DNA of 61,287 bases, the filler included, from Dirinaria sp. TL-2023a (lineage: Eukaryota): assembly GCA_051941275.1 (NCBI GenBank). It is 17 parts of 17 records of this genome, joined end to end, with 100 filler letters (N's around TTAATTAATTAA, not from the genome) between each part and the next. Parts side by side here need not be neighbours in the genome. Positions count along the whole stretch, not along the records: positions 1 to 3,539 come from JAVEBF010002025.1; positions 3,640 to 7,178 come from JAVEBF010002026.1; positions 7,279 to 10,812 come from JAVEBF010002027.1; 14 more parts are not named here. One strand, given 5' to 3'. The notes beneath the pieces are model-generated. The model was not told where the DNA came from and searched no databases. It saw only the letters and a list, made by a program, of their open reading frames with translations. This document shows, piece by piece, positions 1 to 10,812 of this stretch. Position numbers and translations under genes: made by a program. The stretch's first letter is position 1. Every line of letters begins with the position of its first letter.

Positions 1-177
1 ATTACTATTCGTCGTAGATGTCTGTGTCTTCTTCGTACTTCATAGTCTTATCAGTTATAAAATGCTATCTAATTTGATAATGCAATCTCAAGTTCGAGCC
101 GATTTCGTACCTCCGTCAGACCCCTGAAAATTTGATATAGTCATAGCAGACTGTGGCAGAGGGATTCTTGCTGTGCG

Positions 178-1160
178 GTGATCAGTTGCGACTTCGCCCC
201 TGAGACTCAAATATCATGTTCAGAGCATGTCGCACAGGATTTAGAGCATTCATTGTATGCTGCTTTTTTAGAGTATATCTACGAGGGTGGATTTGTTGAG
301 AAGATTCTAATTCTCTTTCTAATCACTGAGACTTCACTTCATCTCTCATCATCAAAGTCTCATCATCGCAGACATGACGTCTCAAGTTCAGACAGCGAAC
401 TTCGAGCAGCAGACATCGCGGATGATAAACATTTCTCTGCTCCTCTTCTAGATCCTCAATCTGACAGTGAAAGTAGATAGATTCATCTATTTGCACAGCG
501 TGTGAGATTGATCGATTTTCAAATCAGCAACTTAATCGAAAGATCAACATCCTTCAGAATCAACATAACATCCTAAATGATCAATTATTTCGATCGAGTC
601 ACATCAATCAGCTCAACGAGCTTCGTATTCGAATCATTAGCCACGAACGAGAAGAATATGTCGCACTGACAGAGTCGTCGAAACAAGTCGCAGTCAGTCT
701 TCAAAAAGAACTCGACAATCAACAGACGACTTTCGAAATTCAGAGAAGAGAGTGCGCTATTGTCGTTGAGTCGCTCAAGCACGAGTCGACTCGTCGAGAG
801 ATAACAGAGCGATCTCTAGAGCACGAAAAGACTGTCATTCAGAAGATGATCAGCATTCTTGACAAAGTTGAGCTTCTCACGCGCGAGATTTCGATCATTG
901 GCCTTTTCGAGAATATGAGTCTTAGTACCCTTGTTTACGAATGAGAAGATTTCAGATCAGAAATAAAAACTCTGCGAAACGAGTTTCAGCGCATGATCGA
1001 TGAGCTGAGACACAAGCAACTTGTTCTTGAAAATCTATCAGAAAATTTTGGAGTCCAATCACAGAGCATGTCAAAAAAATCTTTCTATGACCGCGACGAG
1101 AAAGTCAGCGTCGAGATAACTGAATTGCAGACAGTCTCGAGAGTACATGAAGTGAGACGA
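178..1160 (+). pseudogene. Mutation-degraded coiled-coil protein gene fragment
   Basis: From about 630 to 1080 one frame reads as heptad-like E/K/Q/L-rich text (SLQKELDNQQTTFEIQRRECAIVVESLKHESTRREITERSLEHEK...RSEIKTLRNEFQRMIDELRHKQLVLENL), broken by TGA. It shows the same GG/CC depletion as the neighbouring patatin relic. Boundaries are approximate. Confidence 0.4.
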
Positions 1161-1596
1161 TGAGTTTATTGAGAGAAAAAAAAAAGTAGACACTCACGAA
1201 ATCATTTGTGTCCTCTCGAAACAGCTTTTTTTTATCTGCATCTTGCTGCAAAAAATGCTTTGTAGCTCGCTCGGCTATTTCATAGATCTGTAACTCGTAG
1301 AATTCAATTCTGTATCTTCAAAATCTCTCTTCAAGTGCTGAATTCAAGTTTCTGTAGACGAGCGAGATCGAGACTGTTGACAGTCTTTTATACTCTCAAG
1401 AGCATGTCAAAAGTGAAGAGTTTATTTTTCATTTGCTGATCGTGTCTGACATCAACTGAAGAGGGTTTCTCACGAACTGCTGAGAATGAATGCACATAAA
1501 GAGTCGAGTTTTGAATAGACAAGACGCATATAAGACCCGACACGATTCTTCTTGCTTTATTTAAATTACGAGACTGTACTTGTTAGCATAATCAAC

Positions 1597-3539
1597 ATGA
1601 CATTTTGTAAACACCTTGAATGACTACAGATAGTAGATGAGAAAGAGATTGCGTTGATCAACTCAGATCGTCTGACGAGAGTCGTTGATGAGATGACTAA
1701 TTCAGCAATTCAGCAACCCTCGATTCTTTTATTCATAGGTCGGAAAGTCAAAAATCAAGCTCTTCGAGAGCTTTTCTCAAATCACATCAAGAAAGAGCGT
1801 AACGACGGCATAGCTACTCTACGAATCGATAATACTAGTCTCTACTCTGATCATTCTGTCCTATTTGCCGAAAGCGATTCGTCTGCGACGATCGCATCGA
1901 CCTTCAACGTATTCTGTCATGAGTTCGAGTCGTTTCTTATTCGATGAGCAAATGTCACAACCGCGCACGAAGTCTACGACATTCTGCATGCTCGACTGCT
2001 CTGTTCATTCAGCGATGTCCTGTGTGTTTTTGCGAACGACTTCCTCAATTTCAGTAGCGTTGTCGATCGTCTCAAAACTTGAGCCGTTGCCGAAGGAGGG
2101 TCGAATCCCGTTGAGAAAGCCAGATCAAGTGTTGTAATCGTCAAAAGCGGTGCCGAGACAAGTGTCAGTTCTACACATGATCTACTCGAGATGCAAGATG
2201 TCAAATTCAGTCTGAATCAGAAAGTCTTGAAGGATTTCTACTCTTTCGTTAAGATATTACATCTGGCGAATGAGCAAATATCGTCATTGACACGTTTTCG
2301 GCGGCTCAAGGAGTTACTTTGAAGACAGATGAATGAGGTGCGAAATCTTCGCTTGCGCTGTCGATGCCTTTACTCTGCCATGCATCTGAACAAGTTCTTT
2401 CAGTTAGTCGTATCACACACAGCAGTCTCTGTTCTTCGATCTTTCAACTTCGTTACGGCAAGCCGTCTCGAGAACGAAGTTGACGCAGATCACGTCGGTC
2501 ATCTAAATTTATTCTTCCGACTTGATAAGAATCACGATCTATCGAACGACATCATGAGACGTTTCATTGCTTCTATCATATTACTGAACGCATATCCTTT
2601 TAGAATGCATCGTGAGTATCTACACTGGCAGTAAACAAGCTACTGACTAATTCAAGACTTAGACTTTGACTCGAACACAGTCTACGATGTCATCTATCAC
2701 CCCTCGTGCTTTAGATCGCTCGTAATCTCTTTCAAAGAGTCATTGAACTCGGAAAATGAGGCTGTGAAGCAGATCGAGGATCAAGAGCAATGCATCAAAA
2801 GACACTTTGTCACGCAATTTGTGAGTATGATCTCGTTCGATAAGACCGCGACGCAAGTACATCAGAAGAATGCAAGTGATCTCGATATATCATGACCGCA
2901 GCTTCAGAGTAATCGTACGTGTCTCTGATGCTTTCGTCGAAGATCAGAAAATCATCTGTCATGCGGACATGCGATATGCAACGTCTGTGTGCGGATCTTT
3001 GAGAATGAGACGCCTCTTGCGGAATGTCAATATCATGTTCGGATCTGTGTTCTATGCCATTTCGAAACTTGCGCGATCAGACTCAAGTCTTTCTCCGCGG
3101 ACGAACGGCTTTTGACTATTGATGAGAGAGACACACGTGAGATTATTCCTTTAGAGATTCTGACGATAATTCAGAATATGATGAGGAATGAACTTCAGAT
3201 TCAAGACTTATTTGATATTGCCTTCGACATCAGTGTTGATAAGCTTCGTGTTCTGATCTTGTCAGAAGTCAAGCTTACAGATGAAAAAGAGAGTCTCATT
3301 GTGTGCATCTTATTTCTACGCGAAATGTCAGCTTCTCAATGTGTTCACATTTTCGACGCATTGACTCGAAAACTCTTTGAACGATCTCAAGAGCCGACAA
3401 ACATCTTCAAACGTCTTCGTCTGTTCTTGAAGAGATGATATAGAGATGATCATTACGATGCGAACGCTCTCGAAGATCGTTAGAAGAAATATCTAGAAGT
3501 CGACGATCGCATGTTCGACTATCATTCACGAGTCATTGT
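1597..3539 (+). pseudogene. Hypermutated patatin-like phospholipase (large fungal type with Cys-rich RING-like segment), 3'-truncated by contig end
   Basis: ATG at 1597 (MTFCKHLE*LQ). Intron 2612-2662 (GTGAGT...CTGAC...TAG). Cys cluster CL*C...SCGHAICNVC...CVLC. Degenerate oxyanion motif LLTIDERDTREIIPLEIL (expected DGGGTRG, 3121) and nucleophile elbow DIAFDISV (expected GTSVG, 3226). Several in-frame TGA at expected Trp positions. Confidence 0.85.
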
Positions 3540-3639
3540 NNNNNNNNNNNNNNNNNNNNNNNNNNNNNNNNNNNNNNNNNNNNTTAATTAATTAANNNNN
3601 NNNNNNNNNNNNNNNNNNNNNNNNNNNNNNNNNNNNNNN
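3540..3639. other. Artificial contig-joining spacer (first of 16)
   Basis: 44 N + TTAATTAATTAA (stops in all six frames) + 44 N. Identical spacers start at 7179, 10813, 14444, 18071, 21697, 25319, 28938, 32550, 36153, 39754, 43354, 46947, 50539, 54128 and 57717. Contig lengths never increase along the window (3539 to 3471). Confidence 0.99.
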
Positions 3640-4311
3640 ACCGTATCCTGGCTCGCTTACCCTTAACTGCCTTCCCGCCCCCCCTTGGCGGCTTGGCCCC
3701 TCCACACACTCAAATCCTTCTCGGCAACCTGCAGGCAGTAAACGGAGCTAAGATCGCTGTCAACCATCTCATCGGTCCCGTCTGGTTATTTTTTTCTCTC
3801 TCCTCCATACAAAGAGAGTACCTTGGGTATTATTCTTATACGGAGTACGAAGACGCCGAGGATCCATCAATACGCGGACTAGCTCTTTCGGGACAAGGAT
3901 GACCAGATAGATGCCCTAGTCATGGAATTCTTCTGCGAGGCTGGTGGATCCCAAAGCTACCTACCCTACCCTCCCTTCCCTCCCTTCCCTACCTGACCAT
4001 ACAGCTCAGAGGCAATTTTTTTTTGTCATGCTGGTCTGACGTGATGGTCTCCACGACCCGGTCGGCGTGCATGGCTGGCAATATGCACCCCTCCGGTCCA
4101 AGGTATCTCCATGTACACACAGCGAGGTACAGTATATGGATACATCACCCCGCCTCCCCTTCTCTTCCCTTCTTCCTTCTTAGTCTACTGCCAATATCCC
4201 AATCCGTGTACGGCAAGAACTCGCTCGCTACGGTTCTGCTGTGTCACTCTCGCTTTTCACTTTTTTGTCTCCTTGATTGATACCAGGGAACGATTGTTCT
4301 CTTCATTCACA

Positions 4312-5970
4312 ATGTTGGGATCCACCTTCGCTCTGTTGTGTCTGGCTGGAGCCGCTGTCGCCGAAGGCAACGAAGGACTACAGCTTGGTGCGAATGGCCT
4401 GCAACCACGATGGTACTCTGTCTATAACACCACCGTCCCATACGCACCAACCGAAACCACCAGCTTGACCACCTACACCACTCTGACCACCTGCCCCGTA
4501 ACGTCAACATACTCGTCCAACTCGACCACGTACACCCTGACCAGTCTGACTACTTCCACTATCGTCGTCACTTCTTGCAAACATGGCTGTCCTACCACGG
4601 GCACTGCACCAACGACCACTACTCCAATTGGCACTGTACCAGTATCTCCAACGACTCCTCCATTGACCACCGGCGTTACCAAAACGATCGAGACTACTAC
4701 AAAACCTGTGTACACGACTTCGACAGTGGTATGTTGACCCAATCTATGAACACGGGATAATGGCTTACTTCTGCAGACTATAACTACAACGACCTGCCCG
4801 GTCACGTACTCGACCTCGACAACAGGCTCCAGCGTTGTGACGGTGCCGATCACGGGAACTTCAACAATCACTCTGACCACCGTAACGACGTATCCGGTAA
4901 CAACGACGGAGTCGGTGACCACCCCAATAACCGTCGAAACATCAACAATTGTTTACACAACGACAACATGCCCTGTCACCTACTCCACGATCACTACGTC
5001 TTCGAGCACCACCGTGGTTCCTATTACCCAGACGTCCACAATCACGCTCACAAGCACAACCGAAAAAACAAAAACGAAAACCTCAGAGACAACTGAAATT
5101 GAAACAACAACGCCCTCTCCAATCCTGACCACCGAAACCGTAATCTTCCCAACCACTACTTATGCCATTACTTCCTACACAATAACCAAACAGTCGAGCG
5201 TCACCGTGATCCCTGTCACCAAGACTTCCGTAGTAACGCTATCGAGCACGACCACCAAGCCTGTAGTCCAGACGGAAGAAACCACCGAAGTGGAAACCGT
5301 CACCCCTGTACCTATATTGACGACTTCCACCGTAGTGATCACGACGACTACCAGCCCGGTGACTTACTCGACCATCACCAAGGAGTCAAGTACCACAGTC
5401 GTCCCTATCACCCAGACATCCGTTATTACCTACTCGAGCGTTACTACCTATCCAGTCTCAACCCCGGTCCCCGTTCCAGAGACTCCTGCACCAGTGCCAG
5501 AGACCCCTACGCCAGCGCCCGTTCCAGAAACTCCCGCTCCGTCGCCAGAAACACCAGCGCCAGTGCCTGTCCCAGAGACCCCAACACCGGCACCTATCCC
5601 TGAGACTCCCACACCGGCGCCAATCCCAGAAACTCTAGCCCCATCACCAGAGACGCCTGCACCAGCACCTACGCCGGAGACAGAAGTGTCTACTCCAGGC
5701 CCCCTCACTGCGGTATCGGAGAAGTCAGAAGGCCAACCGATTGCTCCGACCTCTGTGCCCGGCGTAACTGCTCCTTACCCAACACCCTCCGAAACCTATC
5801 CCGTGGGACCTACTACCGTCGCTTCCGCTTCTGCTTCGGTGTCTTCCGCTCCATCGGTCAGTGCAGTCGCAACCTCGCCCATACCATTCGTCGGTGCTGC
5901 GGCGCCGGCAGCGACCAGGCCCGCACTCGCATTGTTAGCCGGTATGGCCGGCCTAATGGCCCTTGCCTAA
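4312..5970 (+). CDS. GPI-anchored Thr/Ser/Pro-rich cell-wall protein (adhesin/flocculin-like), about 536 aa; exons 4312-4728, 4777-5970
   Basis: Signal peptide MLGSTFALLCLAGAAVA. Frame-preserving 48-nt intron GTATGT...CTGCAG. Repeated TTTTCPVTYST units and a PETP(T)PAP array. Hydrophobic GPI-type tail (FVGAAAPAATRPALALLAGMAGLMALA*). Confidence 0.9.
5461..5680 (+). repeat. Coding minisatellite encoding about 8 PETP(T/A)PAP-type units
   Basis: CCAGAGAC/CCAGAAAC recurs every 21-33 nt with synonymous variation. Confidence 0.8.
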
Positions 5971-7278
5971 ACCCCGCCTTCCCACTTTTTGTATTTGTCT
6001 AAGCATGAAAAATGCACAGGAAAAATCTTACGTTCTTGATGAAGTTGAATGACAACCTTATGACTAGGGCAAGTTTATAGATAGCAGGATGCCCTTGGGT
6101 CCCACACTCCTTTTTTTCAACATCCGAAAGCAAACCGGGCCAGCAGTTCACTGTGGCTCGCTAAAGAGAGGAAGAAGTGAAGGGAAGCATTTGGATATCT
6201 ATGGCTAATTGTTAATAAAAACCCTCCGGCCCGCCCGCCCGCCTAACGACGGCGTTTTATATAGTTCTCTTTCCTAATTTGCGCTAGGGAGAGGGATTAC
6301 CGATATATAATATTGGATGATTACCCAAGGTTTAACATAATCATCGAATCTTAAAACTAGAAAATCGGGCATCATCAAGTAGTAGATGGGACAAATTTAT
6401 TTGCATTAATTTTTGATCTTGGGAACCCACTTGTAATGTCCCTCAAAAAAAACAAAGCAAAACAAGCAAACCACTCTTTCCCAAATCCCAATGAAAGGAA
6501 TCTAGAACCGCAAACATGCATAGAGTATCGAATACTTGAACCACCTAAACCCCCCCCCCACAACAACATATCCCCAAACCCGCCAGCAGTAAAGAATGGC
6601 CACTTTACCTTACCATTTGGCATGCGCGGCATGTGTGTGTTGCGAAATCTTGGCATTTGAAAATTCTTCCCTCTACATCTCAAACCACCCCTTCGTCAGC
6701 GATCAACAATCCTTTTTTTTTTCCCTTTCCATATCTATGGAATTCCCTCTTATAATTTTTTTTTTTTTTTTTCCTTTTTCTTTTTACTGCCTCGGAATTT
6801 TGGATATATCCCTCCAACCCATTCGTTCCTCTCTCCAGCTCAAAGAACGAGAACCCAAGCCCCAAAAAACCCATTTTTTCAGGGAAAGTACCCGATGTGA
6901 AACTAATTCAAGTACCGCTGTCAAAAAAAGAACGCTAGAAAAAAAAGACGAAACTAGATGGAAGAATTTGTCGCAATTTTTTAAGGAAAATACACAGAAC
7001 CTTTTGACAGTAGACGACCACCAAGGAAAAAAGGTTCAGGAGTGGTAAAAATTGACGCCATGCAGAGTAAGAGGAAGAAAATAATTTTTGAGATGTCAAG
7101 GATTTCGGCACCTACACCTACACATAATTAACCGTAAGGTATCTACCTCTGAACCCTGAATCCTCAAATCACAAAATCNNNNNNNNNNNNNNNNNNNNNN
7201 NNNNNNNNNNNNNNNNNNNNNNTTAATTAATTAANNNNNNNNNNNNNNNNNNNNNNNNNNNNNNNNNNNNNNNNNNNN

Positions 7279-10200
7279 ACTCTGGAGTTTTCTTCCAAGA
7301 TGCCGAGGTATCGAAAAGAAAACTAGAGGAAGAATTAAGCTTTTTTTCTCGATTGTGAATGTCTTTAGTATTATTTTGTTGACAGTTTCGATTTTCTTTA
7401 AGAGACGATGCTCTGGGGCAGAGATAAATTTCAAGTCCAGATTGTCTATTTCAAGCTACGTAACTGTGGAACTGTTTAGTACAACCCCATAATGAGATAG
7501 ACACGATACAACGAGTTCGAAATTGCAGAAATAGTCGATCGAGGATGTAGAAATTATCGATTCTATGATCGACGAGTAACAATTCGCTTACAACAGAAAG
7601 AAATGAAAACGTTCTCGTTTCCCAATTGTCTTTCTTGATGACGTTTCTTTTTCTGATGTTCATCTCGTTCGCTCAAAGTAGGTTTTTTATCTTTTCTTTC
7701 GTCAATTTGACTCGACTTTTCTTGACGATCGTTCTTTCTTCGCGATAAACGTTCGAGAGTTTTTTCATTAAAGCGATCTTGAGAGCATGTACGACATCAT
7801 AGATAATTCGAAGTTTCAGCCCTGTGATTGCTACGAGACAGCAGGCTTCGTTCGTTATTGTATACATGACACCCGAGATTTTCGTTCGAGATTGCGACTT
7901 CTCCGATGAGTTTTAAGAGCTTGAGAAAATCGTTCGTAATTTCGATAAATTTTAGTATGATCCTGTTCTTTTCTTTTTCTCGTGAGTCTTGGGCCTTGTG
8001 CTCTTCTTTTTCTTTGCCGACTCTGAGATATCGGGTGACATAGTCCCCTTTTTCTGTTGAGGGCAATTGCTACGCCTCGATCATAAATCGTTGGTTCCTA
8101 CGCCTTCAGTCGACTATATCTGCAATTTCGAAATCGTTTTGACGTGTTCGTATCATCGTGAGATTATGTTTAATAGTCTCCTAGCGTAGTCAAGCAAAAA
8201 ACAATCAAGACTTGACTTTCCACCACTGTGCCATAGCAGAAGTGTAATACTGAAGATCTTCTCATCAATGTGCTGAATGTGAAAGACGATTTTTTAAATT
8301 TTCTCAATGGATTTTGTTGCTTTTCAGATTATTTCTTTCTTTTTTGAAGAGCTGACTTGGAAATCAGTTTCATAGAACCATTTAAAAATTCAAACAAACT
8401 CTTGTTCTTTTCATGCTCTTTCATAACAGCTTGTTTGGAGTTGATTTCTTAATGAACGAATCTCTTTAAAAATTATCTCATTTTAATTGTGTAAAAAACG
8501 AGACTATTTTAGAATGTGGTTCAAGATATTCTCAGATATTTATTCGACTTTGGAGCTTTCTTCCAAGATGCCGAGATATCGAAAAGAAAAATAGAGTAAG
8601 AGTTAAATTTCTTTTCTCGATTGTGAATGTCTTTGGTATCGTTTTTTTACATAGTCGTAACGCTTTTTTTCTCGTTTTCTTGAGCAAGAGAGAGAAGAAG
8701 CAAGAGATCAATTGTTTCTCAGCTTCAGACAATAAAATTTTTTGTTGCGAATCGATCGACTATTCCTGCATCTTCGAATCTAGTTATCGTTTGATCGTGT
8801 CTGTTCCACCATGGAACTGTACTTAATAGTCCCGTAGCTTCGTAACTTAGAAGAAACAATTTTGATCTCGATTTTATCATTGGTTCATAGCATTGTTGTT
8901 TTCCGAATTATTTCTTTCTTAATTAGAGAGCTGACTTGAGATCAAACTCGTATGTAGCAGCTTCGAATTACGAAGTATCGTCTCTTGAGAATCAAACAAG
9001 CTTTTGTCTGTGTTAAATTCTTTCATGAGATTTCTTCAACGTAAGATTGTTGAAAGATAACTTTTTTGTTTTTTCGATTTTCTCAATGAATTTAGCTGCT
9101 TTTCAGATTATTTCTTTCTCCATTGAAGAGCTGACTTGGAAACCAGCTTCATATGAGTATTTCTGAAGAGTCGAATGAGCTGGGTCTGTCTATAACAGTT
9201 TGATGAGTTTTCCATATGATTTTGATATTTGAAATCGATGATTTTTCTTAAGAATAGAGTTTGCTCGCTTGCACACTTTCTTCATTGACTCTGACAGATC
9301 TCCGCGCAAAAGTTTGACCGCTCGACTGCGTATCGAATGATCCGATCCAGCTCTCTATCTACTCGTCAAATGTATATGATTCGTTTATTCATTCGGCGTA
9401 GCGATTAAGATGAGTCTGCTGCTAGAAAGCAGTTCTCGAGACCTGCCGTTGAGATCGATCCTGAGAAAGCAACAATCGAGAATTTTGTAGACTTTCATTA
9501 AAGAGTGTTCTTAGATATTCTTTTGAGCTTTTCGAAAGTCGAAAGAAAAAGTAGAGTCAAAGTCAATTTTCTTTTCTCGATTGTAATTGTTCTTGAGTAT
9601 TTATGATTCCATGGCGTTAGCAATCATAGTGCTAGGACCAGAACCGTGATACTAGAATCGGGGTTCAAGGACCACCTTCTCTACTACGGTGGTGGAGCTC
9701 CTTCCTTCACATGTAACTGGCATGGTAATTAGTATACCAGATGATTCTTGATAGAAATCCAACTTCATCCTCTTCCCACTTTTTGAACACTCCAGCTGTG
9801 ACCCAGTTGTACTACAACATGACTGATTTGTTTGAGTCAAAGTTAATTTTTTTCGAAGTCGAGAAAAATTGCAAAAATTGATTTTGAGTTTAAGATTTCA
9901 TTGTCGCAGTTTTATTTGTTCTTGAGTGTAAACGACAACGTTTCGATTTCTCTCGATGAGTTTTTCAGCTCTATTTCTTTTTTCTTTGTTAGAAAGCTGA
10001 CTGGAATCAATTTCACAAGTAGCAGTTTCGAATTTCTCTATATGTCTCTTGAGAACCAGACAAATTCATCTCTTTTTCATGCTCCACCATGACTTCTTTA
10101 AAGCTGAGTGTCAGGGAACGGATTTCAGCCCTTGTGACAGGAAACCGGACCCCTTGACAATGTATTTTAGCTCGAGATAGTCCAATACAGAAATTCAATT

Positions 10201-10812
10201 TCTTTCTTTTATTGTATTTCTGCCTCTAAGGATGACATTCCAGTCTCTTAAATTGATATTACTGCTCGTTAGATTGACGTTTCTGCCCCATAGATCAGTG
10301 TCTACCATTGAGTTGTGGTTTAAGAACAACGTTTGTCAATCGACGAGATTTTCTTCGAATCTGATTTATGAGTATTCAGTATTCTCAGAATTTTAATTCA
10401 AATTTTTGTCGAGTGTTCGAGAAATTGATAAAAAAAGATAAAATTCGAGTTATTTTCCTTTTCCCGATTGTGAATGTCTTTAGTATCGTTTTGTTGATCT
10501 TTCCAGCGTTTTCGTTTCTGAATTTCACTCCCGTAGTCGCTTTTTCAGATAGAAGCTTGCCCTTCACTCTCCCCCATAACAGCTTCTTTCAAAATTAAGT
10601 TCTCGATAAATCAAATCGATGATTTCGTTTAATAATGAGATCTCATTTAGAATTTGATTCAAAAGTATTCCCAGATATTCGTTCGAACATTTTTTCGAGA
10701 AATCGAAAAGAAACTTAAATTATGCGTAAAGTTTCTTTTTTTTTCTCAATTGTGAATGTCTTTATTATCGTCTTGTTGATAATTTTAATTCTTTTTTCCA
10801 TTGATTTTTTTA
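7279..10812. repeat. AT-rich degraded modular repeat array (whole contig)
   Basis: Module A (anchor GATTGTGAATGTCTTT) at about 7351, 8619, 9579, 10466, 10748. Module B (anchor GAGCTGACTTGG) at about 8349, 8928, 9128, 9994. TCGA-rich and GG/CC-poor; no credible ORF. Confidence 0.75.

Noticed and set aside
6850..7178. Similarity of the contig 2 end (reverse strand) to module B of the AT-rich array
   Set aside because: Only weak, low-complexity resemblance by eye; not supportable without alignment statistics.
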